Of a stretch of 64,000 nt of DNA, positions 8,193-18,527 are shown one piece after another. A program made the position numbers and the translations under genes. The notes under the pieces are model-generated. The model was not told the origin of the DNA and did no database searches. It saw only the letters and a list, made by a program, of their open reading frames with translations. Origin of the DNA: an uncultured Hyphomicrobiales bacterium (GTDB taxonomy: Bacteria > Pseudomonadota > Alphaproteobacteria > Rhizobiales > Xanthobacteraceae); NCBI GenBank assembly GCA_964453555.1, contig CAYVPC010000001.1, forward strand, positions 2,340 through 66,339. Reading direction: 5' to 3'. The first letter of the stretch is position 1; every line of letters starts with the position of its first letter.

Positions 8193-9067
8193 GTGCGCGC
8201 TCTTGCCGCCCCGAGCAAGCCTTGCGGACGTAAAAGAAGAACCGCAATGAAAACGGCATAGATCATGATCGAGCGATAGCTCGGCGCAGTGAGCGCGACG
8301 CCGAAGGTTTCCAGCACGCCCAGCAGAAGGCCTCCGATTAGACTGCCCAGAACATTCCCTAGGCCGCCGAGGATGACCACTACAAAAGCGGTGACGGTTA
8401 GAGGAAAGCCCATGAAGGGTGATATTTCCTCGGTCATGCTGACCAGCACGCCCGCCAATCCGGCAACTGCAAAACCCAGACAGAGGCTCGTGAGTTCGAT
8501 GCGCTCCAGCGGAATGCCGACCAAAGCCGCGGCTTCGCGCTGCTGGATGACCGCCTTGATGGCAAGCCCGAGCGTCGAAAGGCGGAAGAACAAAACGGCG
8601 CCGACGCAAACCGCTCCGGAGATCGCCAGCACGATGAGCTTGTTGACCGGCACGACGGCGCCGATGAATTGAACGATCTCATCTTGATAACGGTAACCGC
8701 GCTGATTTGGCGTGAACAATAGCGATGTCACGTTCTGAAGGATCACCGAAATCCCAAAGAAGACGAGGAGCGAGTTCCCTTCGATGCGCTCCAGGAACTC
8801 TCCCGACTGCATCGCTTTGCGGAAGACGCCGACGTAGATGAGAGCGCCCAGCGCCGCCGCGAGGGGTATGGCGGCGAGCGCGGATACGAGCGGTGATACG
8901 GCGAGAAGCGAAATGCCCCAATACGCGACGTAGGCGCCGATCATCACGACTTCGCCGTGGGCGACGTTCAAGAGCCGCATGGTCCCGTAGATGAGATTGA
9001 GGCCGAGCGCGATGAGCGCGTAGACAGACCCCGCCACGAGCGCGGCGATCAACAGTTGGGTAGACAT
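8189..9067 (-). CDS. livH: Branched-chain amino acid ABC transporter permease
   Basis: Internal ATG (MSTQLLIAALVAG...). LivH-type motifs LNLIYGTMRLLNVAHGE. Confidence 0.85.
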   Translation of the reverse strand: MSTQLLIAALVAGSVYALIALGLNLIYGTMRLLNVAHGEVVMIGAYVAYWGISLLAVSPLVSALAAIPLAAALGALIYVGVFRKAMQSGEFLERIEGNSLLVFFGISVILQNVTSLLFTPNQRGYRYQDEIVQFIGAVVPVNKLIVLAISGAVCVGAVLFFRLSTLGLAIKAVIQQREAAALVGIPLERIELTSLCLGFAVAGLAGVLVSMTEEISPFMGFPLTVTAFVVVILGGLGNVLGSLIGGLLLGVLETFGVALTAPSYRSIMIYAVFIAVLLLRPQGLLGAARART

Positions 9068-9136
9068 GCGCGCGTCCAAATTCGCGGGCCGATACCTCAA
9101 GCAACCTGAAATTCGGCCCGCGTGCCGGCCGGGACG

Positions 9137-10306
9137 TTACCTCGCGATCACGCTAGCAGTTGCCTCCGATTTCGGCCAGATGATTTCGAACACGCCGCTT
9201 TGGTACTGCAGAAACATCGTCGGCGTCGTCACGTTGACAACACCTTGGAACTTCACCGGGCCATCGATCGTATCGAAGGTTTCGGTGGAGATGGTTTGAC
9301 GAAGCTTCTCGTGGTCGAGGCCGGCCTTGGCCACGGCTTGCTCGGTGATCTCGCACGCCTCGAACGACAAAGCGGAATCGAGGTAGTCCGGTGGCTCTTT
9401 GTATTTCGCGACGTAAGCGTCATAGAACGGCTTCGCCTTCGGCCATTTTGTCTGCGAAGGACTCCAATGGCCCATGGTCAGGAGGCCATTGACCTGATCA
9501 CCAAAGATCTTCGTAAAGAACGTCGCGGCAGGCCCGACGAGCGTGAACTGCACCCGCGGCGTGAAACCCAGTTCCTTCGACTGCCGCGTATAGAGCACCG
9601 AGTCTCCGGTCATGGATAATGACAACTCGGCGTCGGGATTGGCCTGCTTGAGTGTGCTGATCAGCGCCGTCATGTCACGGATGTCGAGCGGATATTCGGC
9701 GTTGGATAGGATTTCGATGCCGTTCGCCTTGAGGCCCTCGACAATGTACTTCTTGTTTTCAAGCGCGAACGGATGTTGCGCGGTCGTGATCGCGACGGTT
9801 TTGACGTTGAGCGACTTCAGCAGCAGAGGCAGTTGCTTGCCCTGCTCGTCCGGCAGTGCCGAGGTCGGGAACCAGATATAGCCGGGCTTGAGATCGCGGA
9901 GCTGAACCGACGCGGCGGTATCACCGACCATCGGAAACTTGTACCGTTCCAGCACGCCAGCAACCGCGAAATGATGCGGCGTGCCCCACGGGGCCAGCAG
10001 CAGATCAACTTTGTCCTGTGTAATCAGTTTTTCGTAAATCTTGGCCGCTTGCGCGGGGTCCGATTGATCGTCGTAGGACACGAATTCGACCATGCGCTTG
10101 GTGCCGGCAACGTCGAGTCCGCCCCTGGCGTTGACCTGGTCGCGCCAAAGTTCATAGGCGTTTTTCTGCGACGGCGCCGCCGGCGCGAAGATGCCGGTTA
10201 TAGGCAGCGAAAATCCGATTTTTACCGGATCCGCTGCTTTGGCGTTGCCGATGCTGAGCGCCGCAAGAGCGAGCGCCGCAGCGATCATCCCCCACTTTTT
10301 CGTCAT
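9137..10306 (-). CDS. Periplasmic substrate-binding protein of the Liv-type ABC transporter
   Basis: Signal peptide MTKKWGMIAAALALAALSIGNAKA/AD followed by a type-I periplasmic binding fold pattern (IGFSLPITG...). Confidence 0.85.
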   Translation of the reverse strand: MTKKWGMIAAALALAALSIGNAKAADPVKIGFSLPITGIFAPAAPSQKNAYELWRDQVNARGGLDVAGTKRMVEFVSYDDQSDPAQAAKIYEKLITQDKVDLLLAPWGTPHHFAVAGVLERYKFPMVGDTAASVQLRDLKPGYIWFPTSALPDEQGKQLPLLLKSLNVKTVAITTAQHPFALENKKYIVEGLKANGIEILSNAEYPLDIRDMTALISTLKQANPDAELSLSMTGDSVLYTRQSKELGFTPRVQFTLVGPAATFFTKIFGDQVNGLLTMGHWSPSQTKWPKAKPFYDAYVAKYKEPPDYLDSALSFEACEITEQAVAKAGLDHEKLRQTISTETFDTIDGPVKFQGVVNVTTPTMFLQYQSGVFEIIWPKSEATASVIAR

Positions 10307-10346
10307 CTGTATCCCCTACTGTTACGTTGCTAAGATGATCTGGATT

Positions 10347-11822
10347 TCAGATCGGGAAACCGCGCTGTCCCCGCTGCACCGTGACCCACTTCACTTCGGT
10401 CATCTCTTCCATCGAGAATCGGCCACCTTCGCGGCCGAAGCCGCTGTTTTTGACGCCGCCGAACGGGACATGCGGCTCGTCCGCCACTGTGCAGTCGTTA
10501 ATGTGCACCATCCCCGCGTCGAGCTTAAAGGCGAAATCGAGGGCCTTTTGCATGTCGTTGGTGATGACGCCGGAAGACAACCCGTAGGATGTGTTGTTGG
10601 CGATCTCAAGCGCCTCATTGTGGTCTTTGACCTTGATGATGGAAGTGACAGGGCCAAAGCTTTCCTCATGGAAGATGCGCATGTCGGGCGTCACGCCTTT
10701 GAGCACGGTCGGCCAATAAAACTGCTTCTCGTGCTTGGCGCCGCACAGCACCGTCGCACCTTTGCCGACGGCGTCCTCGACATGCCCGTCGATCACGTCG
10801 CACTGCGTGCCGCGAATGAGCGGCCCGATAACCGTATCGGGTTCGCGCGGGTCGCCAACCGTCAGGCTCTTGGCGATGGCCACAAAGCGCTCGCAGAAGG
10901 CATCGAAAATTGGCTCCTCAACGAGGACGCGCGAGTTCGCCATGCAGACCTGACCCTGATGGAAGAAGATGCCGAACGCAGCGGCTCTGACCGCGTAGTC
11001 GACATCGGCGTCGGCGAGCACAATGAGCGGGCTTTTGCCGCCCATTTCGAGCGTGAACTTCTTCAGTGACTTGGCCGCCTCGACCGCGAGGTGTCTCCCG
11101 GTTTTTGTCGAGCCGGTAAAAGTGATCATCCGCACCCGCGGATCGGCGAAGATGGTCGCGCCGATTTCGGCGGCCGGTCCGGGAATGACGCTGAGCAGCC
11201 CCTTCGGTAGACCGGCTTGATCGAAGACCTCGGCGATCTTCAAGCCGGTGACCGGCGTGAGCTCGGAGGGCTTGAGCACGAAGCCGTTGCCGGCGGCAAG
11301 GGCGAGAACGACCTTCTTCATTGCGAGCAGGAACGGCGCATTGAAAGGCGCGATACCCGCGATTACGCCGAGCGGCTGGCGGATCGTGAAGCCGAATTGC
11401 CCTGGCATCGTGGTCGCCATGGTCTCGCCGGGGGACCGACGCAGCTCGGACGCGGCCGTGCGCAGCAGATCGAAGCAATAGCCGACTTCGAAGCCGGCTT
11501 TGCCGGCCACCGAGCCGGATTCTTCGATCAGGACTTCGACGATCTCTTTTGATTTCGTGGCGAGCACGTCAGCTGCGCGCAAAAATACGGCTTCGCGTTC
11601 GGATACGATCTTGTCCGCCCACTCTTTGTAGGCGTTATGAGCTGCGCCGATCGCCTGCTCGGTTTCCCGCGCGCCGGCCTGATGCACGCGCGCATACACC
11701 TCGCCCGTCGCCGGATTGTAGCTTGCCGTCGCTTCATTGCGGGACGAAGGCACCCATTCGCCGCCAATAAAAAGATTGTAGGTTGGAACCCCATCAATCG
11801 TTTGGAATGCTGCTGAGCTCAT
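10347..11822 (-). CDS. NAD(P)-dependent aldehyde dehydrogenase (paralog 1)
   Basis: Internal ATG preceded by AGGAGG. Motifs FTLEMGGKSP (catalytic Glu) and QGQVCMANSR (catalytic Cys). Confidence 0.9.
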   Translation of the reverse strand: MSSAAFQTIDGVPTYNLFIGGEWVPSSRNEATASYNPATGEVYARVHQAGARETEQAIGAAHNAYKEWADKIVSEREAVFLRAADVLATKSKEIVEVLIEESGSVAGKAGFEVGYCFDLLRTAASELRRSPGETMATTMPGQFGFTIRQPLGVIAGIAPFNAPFLLAMKKVVLALAAGNGFVLKPSELTPVTGLKIAEVFDQAGLPKGLLSVIPGPAAEIGATIFADPRVRMITFTGSTKTGRHLAVEAAKSLKKFTLEMGGKSPLIVLADADVDYAVRAAAFGIFFHQGQVCMANSRVLVEEPIFDAFCERFVAIAKSLTVGDPREPDTVIGPLIRGTQCDVIDGHVEDAVGKGATVLCGAKHEKQFYWPTVLKGVTPDMRIFHEESFGPVTSIIKVKDHNEALEIANNTSYGLSSGVITNDMQKALDFAFKLDAGMVHINDCTVADEPHVPFGGVKNSGFGREGGRFSMEEMTEVKWVTVQRGQRGFPI

Positions 11823-12123
11823 GGTCCCTCCTGAGATGGCAGAGAAGAAGCAATACGCACACGCCATACCCGGCGAATCGGCAAGGCGCGCATCGGTTTA
11901 TCCCTTGGTGGATTTTAACAGCGGCCTTGAAGGCCCGTCTTGGCAAGAACTCCGTTCGGAAATTGACGCAGAGTCAGGTCTGAGGGCCGGTCATGCCCGA
12001 CCGACACGCAGCCGCGGCAGCATTTTCCTGAAGCACTTGAGGCATTTGGGGCCGTCGACAGTGTTTTTTTGCCGTGATAGTCTGTTTGATGGAGTGCCGG
12101 GTTCGTCATAGACGGGTCGTGGC

Positions 12124-13227
12124 GTGGCTTCGAACCCTGAAATTGTGGTGGCGCGTGAGTCCCTCCTGGCCGATAAACTCGTCACCACGGCGAGCGTGAC
12201 GCCAGAGCGGCGGCTTGCATTTTGGCGTGAAGTCGTCTGTCAAACAATTGCCGGGGTCGAAGCTCGGCCTTTGACCAGCAGGCGCTCGTACAATGGGCGC
12301 ATCCACAGCCGGTCTGTGCACCTTCACGATTTGCGACGCTTCGACTTGCTGCATGTCGTGGCCGATCCGCAACGGGTAAATCGCACACGGGAATTGATCG
12401 ACCTGCAGGCGGAAGAGGCCTGGCTTCTGATGCTCCAGGAGCAGGGGACCTGCAGCATCCATCAAGGCGATCAGCAATCAACGCTCTTGCCGGGCGACAT
12501 CGGTTTCCTCGATACTTCGCGCCCGTACGACGTGCTGTTCCCGCAAACGTTCCGCCAATCCATTTTGAAGGTGCCAGCCTCGCTCTTTAAAGACATTATT
12601 CCGATGCGCCGGGACGTGGCGGGCATGGCGCTCGCCGGCGGCGATCCTTTGACCGCGATTGCGCGCGCCAATCTTCTTCTACTTGAGCGATACGCTCATA
12701 CGATCAGCCCAGTCCTGCTGCCGGCCGCAGCGGAACGGGCGATTGATCATCTCGGCCTTGCCATGCGCGCGCGTCTCGATGACAGCCCAATCCGCCGCGA
12801 CCATGGCACGTCAGCACACCATTTTGCCCGCGCCAGCCTCTACATTATCGGTCATCTGCACGATCCAGGCTTGTCCGTTGAGCGCATCGCTACCGCCACC
12901 GGACTTTCTGCCGGTCACCTCTACGAAGTTTTTCGCAAAGCTACCGGCTCAACGATCGGCGGCTACATCCGAGCACAGCGATTGGAACGATGTCGACGTG
13001 ATCTTGCCGACCAGAGCCTGCGGCACCAAAGCATCACCTTCATTGCCCATCGCTGGGGCTTCTCGGAAGGTAGCAGCTTAAGTCGCGCATTTCGCGCTGC
13101 CTATCAGACAAGTCCACGGCGATATCGGCAGGCCGACACCCTTGCTCGAGAGCAAATAGGCCCGCAGCCGCGCGTGGCCGCCGGCCCATTGGTCGTTCGT
13201 GAGAAAGGGGCGCCGCGCGGCTCTTGA
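12124..13227 (+). CDS. AraC-family transcriptional regulator
   Basis: The C-terminal HTH pair (…LSVERIATATGLSAGHLYEVFRK…ITFIAHRWGFSEGSSLSRAFRAAYQTSPRRYR) is AraC-type. The GTG start is uncertain. Confidence 0.8.
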   Translation: MASNPEIVVARESLLADKLVTTASVTPERRLAFWREVVCQTIAGVEARPLTSRRSYNGRIHSRSVHLHDLRRFDLLHVVADPQRVNRTRELIDLQAEEAWLLMLQEQGTCSIHQGDQQSTLLPGDIGFLDTSRPYDVLFPQTFRQSILKVPASLFKDIIPMRRDVAGMALAGGDPLTAIARANLLLLERYAHTISPVLLPAAAERAIDHLGLAMRARLDDSPIRRDHGTSAHHFARASLYIIGHLHDPGLSVERIATATGLSAGHLYEVFRKATGSTIGGYIRAQRLERCRRDLADQSLRHQSITFIAHRWGFSEGSSLSRAFRAAYQTSPRRYRQADTLAREQIGPQPRVAAGPLVVREKGAPRGS

Positions 13228-13370
13228 ATCTTTCAAGCCGAACGTCGGGAAGTGGCGCCGGATCCCGGCGACACTTCCCCGATGCTAGCGAAAGCCGACC
13301 ACGACGCTGTGCCTCGGACTCCAAGATGCCCTAACGATGTGGTCCAAGGCGCTGCCGCTTCGGCACAAGG

Positions 13371-14849
13371 TTAGCTCGGCAGATAAACCGACTTGATCTC
13401 CTGATAGGCTTCCAATCCTTCCGGTCCGCCGACGCGGCCAACGCCGGATTCCTTGTAGCCGCCAAAGGGCACCGCGTTGTCCAGCTTCAGTCCGTTGATG
13501 GTCAAGTTGCCGGTGCGGATCCGCCGCGCTAGGGCTACGCCTTTGTCGGTGTCCTTGGTGAACACCGCGCCGCTCAGGCCGTAGGTACTGTTATTGGCGA
13601 TGCGAATGGCGTCTTCCTCGTCGTCATAAGGAATTACGGATACGACGGGACCAAAGATTTCCTCTTTCGCGATGGTCATATCGCTGGTGACATTGGAAAA
13701 GATCGTGGGCTCGACATAATAGCCGAGGTTCATATTCTTGGGCCGACCGCCGCCGGTGACGAGCTTGGCGCCTTCCTTACGTCCCTTTTCGAGATAGCCC
13801 ATAACCCGGTCGAGCTGCCGCTTCATCGACAGCGGGCCCATTTGCGTTTCCGCCTTCCACGGATCGCCGATGGCGATTTTCTTGACCGCCTGGCTGTAGG
13901 CGTCAACGACTTCGTCGTGGCGCTTTCTGGAAACCAGCACGCGAGTCAAGGAAAAGCAGATCTGGCCGGTCATCGGCATGGCAAACGGCACGATCGTGCC
14001 AATGACGTTGTTCAGATCGGCGTCATCCATGATCACTGCCGGCGATTTGCCGCCAAGCTCCAACGTGTACCGCGCCAGCCGCTTGGCGCAAACTTCGGCG
14101 ATGCGCTTGCCCCCCGCGACGCTGCCGGTGAAGCTGACCTTGTCGATTTCGGGTCGGTTGATCAGATAGTCGCCGATCTCGCGTCCTGCCGGAACGATGT
14201 TGAGAACGCCCGGCGGCAGTCCGACGGCTTCTGCGCATTCGGCAAGAAGTTGGCCTTCGATCGGAGTCTCCGGCGCCGGCTTGGCGACGATCGTACAGCC
14301 GGCCGTGAGAGCCGAGGCTACGCCATAAGACATCAGGACCATCGGCGCGTTCCACGGCGTGATGATGGCGACAACCCCAACCGGCTCGCGAATGACCAAC
14401 GCCTTGCCACCGTTCATCATGTCGCGCGTCTCGACAAATTCGGCGCGCGCGCCGAGCTTTCCGTAAAACTCGAAAAGTTGCGGCGCGAAGTTGATGATGA
14501 ATCCGGCAAAACTCTTGGGCGCGCCGACCTGGGCCGTCCATACGTCGGTCAATAGCGGCGCCCGCTTCTTCATTTCCTCGCCGATCGCGAGTACGAATTT
14601 AGATCGCTCCTGCGGTGTCATCCGTGGCCACGGCCCGTGGTCGAAGGCCTGGCGAGCCGCACGCACCGCGCAGTCGACGTCCTTCTCAGATGCCTCGGGT
14701 ACCTTCAGGAAGCACTCCTCTGTGACCGGCGAAATCAGCTCGAGTTTGCGATCGGATTGCGGTGTGGTCCACTCGCCGCCGATATAAAAGTTCTTCAGCA
14801 CATGCTGCGATAGTGCTTCTTGCGGATCGAATGCGCTGCCAGTAGACAT
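13371..14849 (-). CDS. NAD(P)-dependent aldehyde dehydrogenase (paralog 2)
   Basis: ATG preceded by GGGAGG. Motifs YTLELGGKSP and TGQICFSLTR. Confidence 0.9.
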   Translation of the reverse strand: MSTGSAFDPQEALSQHVLKNFYIGGEWTTPQSDRKLELISPVTEECFLKVPEASEKDVDCAVRAARQAFDHGPWPRMTPQERSKFVLAIGEEMKKRAPLLTDVWTAQVGAPKSFAGFIINFAPQLFEFYGKLGARAEFVETRDMMNGGKALVIREPVGVVAIITPWNAPMVLMSYGVASALTAGCTIVAKPAPETPIEGQLLAECAEAVGLPPGVLNIVPAGREIGDYLINRPEIDKVSFTGSVAGGKRIAEVCAKRLARYTLELGGKSPAVIMDDADLNNVIGTIVPFAMPMTGQICFSLTRVLVSRKRHDEVVDAYSQAVKKIAIGDPWKAETQMGPLSMKRQLDRVMGYLEKGRKEGAKLVTGGGRPKNMNLGYYVEPTIFSNVTSDMTIAKEEIFGPVVSVIPYDDEEDAIRIANNSTYGLSGAVFTKDTDKGVALARRIRTGNLTINGLKLDNAVPFGGYKESGVGRVGGPEGLEAYQEIKSVYLPS

Positions 14850-14922
14850 CAAATTCCTCCCTTGTGTTTTGCGAAGCGCGTTGTTGCGCCTCGCGATTGT
14901 GCTTGCGTAACAAACGGTAAGA

Positions 14923-15342
14923 TTAGTTGAGTTTGCTGCCGCGAGCGATCGCTGTTTCGTCGTCGATCAGTTTAGCTTCGATGGTCTGATCAGCGCCGCA
15001 CTGAAGATTCCAACCCAACGAGCGGCAAGCTTCAAGAGGAATGGCAAAACAGACCTCAAAGCCGTTTGACGTAATAAATGTGGCAATGAGGCAATCCTGT
15101 TCCTTGGCCCGCTCGATGCTCCATCCCTGCAAGCCAAAAACGTATCGAGCGTCCTCATTTCCGGTTTGCCGCTTGACTGCACGAGCCAACAGGTGGGGTA
15201 TCGTCATGACGACGGCTTCTGCCTGGTCGAGCGGAAGTTCCACGGTCACGGTAACGTCGGAGTGATCAAGGAATTCTAGCCCAACGTTGGCACCGTCGGT
15301 CGCGACACGGCAGGTTGTTAGCTTCTTGCTGCGAATTTTCAC
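14923..15342 (-). CDS. Hypothetical protein (139 aa), upstream of and co-oriented with ALDH paralog 2
   Basis: Clean ORF with a GTG start after GAGG and no overlapping better ORF. No domain recognised. Confidence 0.45.
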   Translation of the reverse strand: MKIRSKKLTTCRVATDGANVGLEFLDHSDVTVTVELPLDQAEAVVMTIPHLLARAVKRQTGNEDARYVFGLQGWSIERAKEQDCLIATFITSNGFEVCFAIPLEACRSLGWNLQCGADQTIEAKLIDDETAIARGSKLN

Positions 15343-15456
15343 AGCACCTCACGCCCTTTTCAAAGAGCCCGTTCTCGGCCATAGTCGTTATATTCCACCG
15401 AATATAGCGTGACCGCGAGCGCGCGGCAACGATCGGCTTGTTCTGAAGGACGTATC

Positions 15457-16956
15457 ATGAACATACCTCTTCCCCACCCGCACCTTAGCGAAGCGGCGTC
15501 GAAATTTCTGGCGCGAAAGCACCAGGCGTTTATCGGCGGCAAAAGGGTCGACGCCGAATCCGGCAAGACGTTCGAGACCTTCGATCCTGGGTCGGGACGG
15601 GTCATCGCCAAAGTGGCCGAATGCGACGCTCCCGACGTCGACAAAGCCGTCGCCGCCGCGCGTGCGGCTTTCGAGAGCGGGGCCTGGACCCGCACGACCG
15701 GAAGCGACCGCGCACGCATGATGTGGAAGCTCGCCGAGCTGATCGAGCAAAACGCTGCCGAATTGGCCGAGCTGGAATCGCTGAACAACGGCAAACCGCT
15801 TGCCAACGTGCGTAACGTCGATCTTGTTCTCGGGTGCGAGACGCTTCGCTATACCGCCGGCTGGGCAACGAAGATTACCGGCGAGACCTTATCGCTTTCG
15901 ACCGCGCCCAAGACGCACGCCTTTACCGTAAGAGAGCCGATCGGCGTCGTGGGTCAGATCATCCCGTGGAACTCGCCGATCATGATGGCGTGCTGGAAAC
16001 TTGCGCCGGCGCTGGCCACCGGCTGTACTGTGGTGCTGAAACCGGCCGAGCAGACACCGTTGACGGCGCTTCGCCTCGCCCAACTCATCCAAGAAGCGGG
16101 GATTCCGGACGGAGTGGTCAATATTGTCCCCGGCTTCGGTCCGACGGCGGGAGCGGCGATCACGGCGCATCCGGACGTGGACAAAGTCGCCTTCACGGGG
16201 TCCGGAGAAGTCGGCAGGCTCATTATCCAGGCCGCGGCCGGTAATCTGAAGAAAGTCTCGCTGGAATTGGGCGGCAAGTCGCCGGTCATCATCTTTCCCG
16301 ATGCCGACGTGAATGTCGCAATTCCGGGAGCGGCGCGCGCGATATTCACGAACTCCGGCCAAGTATGTGCCGCCGGATCGCGGCTCTATGCCCACACGCG
16401 CGTGTTTGATCACATCATCGCTGGCGTTGCGGCCGAGGCGAGAAAGATTCGCGTCGGTCACGCCTTGAGCGATGGCACGCAGATGGGTCCGCTTGTGTCC
16501 AAGGAACAGCTTGAGCGGGTGTCGGGTTATATTGATCAGGGAGAAAATGACGGCGGTACCGTTGTGACGGGCGGCGATCGTATCGGTAACGAAGGCTATT
16601 TCATCGAACCGACCATCCTGACCGACACCCGACCCGAAATGTCGGTCATCCGCGAGGAGATTTTCGGCCCGGTTCTTTGCGCCATAAGGTTTGACGATGA
16701 TGATCTCGATCGCATTGCCAAGGAAGCCAACCGGACCATTTACGGACTGGCGGGGAGCGTGTGGACGCGCGATCTCAGTGTCGCCCATCAAATGGTCCGC
16801 AAGGTCAGGGCCGGTACGATCGGCGTCAATATGCACGGCTCGATCGATCCCGCTCTGCCGTTCGGCGGCTTTCGGCAGTCCGGGTGGGGGCGCGAAAAGG
16901 GCCGCGAGGTCCTCGACCTCTATACCGAGGTCAAGTCCGTGGTCATGGCGCTGTGA
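15457..16956 (+). CDS. NAD(P)-dependent aldehyde dehydrogenase (paralog 3)
   Basis: Internal ATG (MNIPLPHP...). Motifs VSLELGGKSP and NSGQVCAAGSR. Confidence 0.9.
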   Translation: MNIPLPHPHLSEAASKFLARKHQAFIGGKRVDAESGKTFETFDPGSGRVIAKVAECDAPDVDKAVAAARAAFESGAWTRTTGSDRARMMWKLAELIEQNAAELAELESLNNGKPLANVRNVDLVLGCETLRYTAGWATKITGETLSLSTAPKTHAFTVREPIGVVGQIIPWNSPIMMACWKLAPALATGCTVVLKPAEQTPLTALRLAQLIQEAGIPDGVVNIVPGFGPTAGAAITAHPDVDKVAFTGSGEVGRLIIQAAAGNLKKVSLELGGKSPVIIFPDADVNVAIPGAARAIFTNSGQVCAAGSRLYAHTRVFDHIIAGVAAEARKIRVGHALSDGTQMGPLVSKEQLERVSGYIDQGENDGGTVVTGGDRIGNEGYFIEPTILTDTRPEMSVIREEIFGPVLCAIRFDDDDLDRIAKEANRTIYGLAGSVWTRDLSVAHQMVRKVRAGTIGVNMHGSIDPALPFGGFRQSGWGREKGREVLDLYTEVKSVVMAL

Positions 16957-17030
16957 TGCAACGTGTCCGAAAGCTTTGAATAACGAGTCGGCGTCGATCG
17001 TCACCAAGACACTAGAGATAGAGTGCAGAT

Positions 17031-18527
17031 ATGGCTCAAGCAAAAACAATTCCGTTAGCGCGTCACGCATACGCAGATGGCTCCTTCAAGCAAATGCTGA
17101 TCGACGGCAAATGGGTGGATGCCGCATCCGGCAAACATTTCGAAAGCCGCAATCCGGCGACCGGCGAGCTGCTGGCGACCGTGGCCGAAGGCGACGCCGA
17201 GGACATCAACCGCGCCGTCGTAGCGGCTCGCACGGCATTCGAAGGCCCGTGGAGCAAGTTCAAGCCGTACGAGCGCCAGCAGGTCCTTCTGAAGCTGGCC
17301 GATCTGGTGGAGCGACATTTCGACGAGCTCAGCTCGCTCGACACTCTCGACATGGGCGCCCCGATCAGCCGGACCAGGGCCACACGCCTGCGTGTGTTGG
17401 GCATGCTGCGCTACTACGCCGGCCAAGCAACATCGCTCCATGGCGAGACGATACAGAATTCGCTTCCCGGCGAGATATTCTCGTACACATTGAAAGAGCC
17501 GGTGGGCGTCGTAGGCGCCATCATTCCGTGGAACGGGCCTCTTGGTGCTTCCATCTGGAAAATCGGGCCGGCGCTTGCCACCGGCTGCACGGTGATTCTC
17601 AAGCCGGCCGAGGAAGCGCCGCTGACGTCACTGCGGCTTGGGGCATTGGCCTTGGAAGCCGGCGTGCCGCCAGGCGTCGTCAACGTGGTGCCCGGTTATG
17701 GCGAGACGGCGGGAGCGGCGCTGGCCGCGCATCCCGGCGTCGACAAAGTAGCGTTCACTGGCTCGCACATTACCGGGCAGTCAATCGTGAGAGCGTCGGC
17801 CGGCAACCTCAAGCGCGTATCGCTCGAACTCGGTGGCAAGTCTCCCGATATCGTTTTCGCCGATGCGGACATCGAGTCCGCTGTGCCCGGCGCCGCTATG
17901 GCGGTATTCGCCAATTCCGGCCAGATTTGCAGCGCCGGCACGCGGTTGTTCGTCGAGCAACGTGTCTATGATGAATTCGTAGGCCGCGTTGCCGCATTCG
18001 GTAAGGGGCTGCGCGTGGGCAACGGGCTTGACCCGGAGACGCAGATCGGTCCGCTGGTATCCGAGCAACAACTGGAGCGCGTGACCGGTTATCTCAGTCT
18101 CGGCAAACAGGAAGGAGCACGTGCGGTCGCCGGCGGCGAGCGGGCGACGGACGGGCCGTTGGCCAAGGGCTATTTCGTGCCGCCCACCGTTTTTGCCGAT
18201 GTTCGCGACGACATGCGGATCGCGCAGGAAGAAATTTTTGGTCCGGTGATTTCGGCAATACCGTTCAAAGACATGGACGAATTGGTAAAGCGCGCTAACG
18301 CCACGATGTTCGGGCTGGGCAGCGGCGTCTGGACGCGTGACGTGAGCAAGGCGCATCGTCTGGCAAGCGCGATCCGCGCCGGATCCGTCTGGGTGAACTG
18401 CTATCAGGCGATGGATCCAGCCGTCCCATTCGGCGGCTACAAGATGAGCGGATACGGCCGCGAGTCGGGACTGCAGCAAATGGAAGAATATCTCAACGTC
18501 AAGGCGGTTTGGATCAAGACCGGATAG
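17031..18527 (+). CDS. NAD(P)-dependent aldehyde dehydrogenase (paralog 4)
   Basis: Motifs VSLELGGKSP and NSGQICSAGTR. Close paralog of 15457..16956. Confidence 0.9.
   Translation: MAQAKTIPLARHAYADGSFKQMLIDGKWVDAASGKHFESRNPATGELLATVAEGDAEDINRAVVAARTAFEGPWSKFKPYERQQVLLKLADLVERHFDELSSLDTLDMGAPISRTRATRLRVLGMLRYYAGQATSLHGETIQNSLPGEIFSYTLKEPVGVVGAIIPWNGPLGASIWKIGPALATGCTVILKPAEEAPLTSLRLGALALEAGVPPGVVNVVPGYGETAGAALAAHPGVDKVAFTGSHITGQSIVRASAGNLKRVSLELGGKSPDIVFADADIESAVPGAAMAVFANSGQICSAGTRLFVEQRVYDEFVGRVAAFGKGLRVGNGLDPETQIGPLVSEQQLERVTGYLSLGKQEGARAVAGGERATDGPLAKGYFVPPTVFADVRDDMRIAQEEIFGPVISAIPFKDMDELVKRANATMFGLGSGVWTRDVSKAHRLASAIRAGSVWVNCYQAMDPAVPFGGYKMSGYGRESGLQQMEEYLNVKAVWIKTG

Noticed and set aside
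7275-8609. N-terminal extensions of track ORFs (for example livM 444 aa, ssuA 391 aa, EcsC 343 aa, cysH 311 aa, tauE 301 aa)
   Set aside because: The extensions overlap the preceding gene in another frame and are Arg-rich. Internal ATGs give ATGA/TGATG coupling and proper signal peptides or N-termini, so the starts were trimmed.
10191-11069. 292-aa plus ORF; also 22283..23194 (+, 303 aa), 20735..21523 (-, 262 aa) and 38463..39296 (+, 277 aa)
   Set aside because: Each lies antisense to or out of frame with a gene that has strong family motifs (ALDH-1, ssuD, ssuB, SDR).
15889-17971. Long ORFs 15889..17070 (-, 393 aa) and 16691..17971 (+, 426 aa)
   Set aside because: They overlap ALDH paralogs 3 and 4 in antisense or alternative frames. 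They are extremely Arg-rich and carry no motifs.
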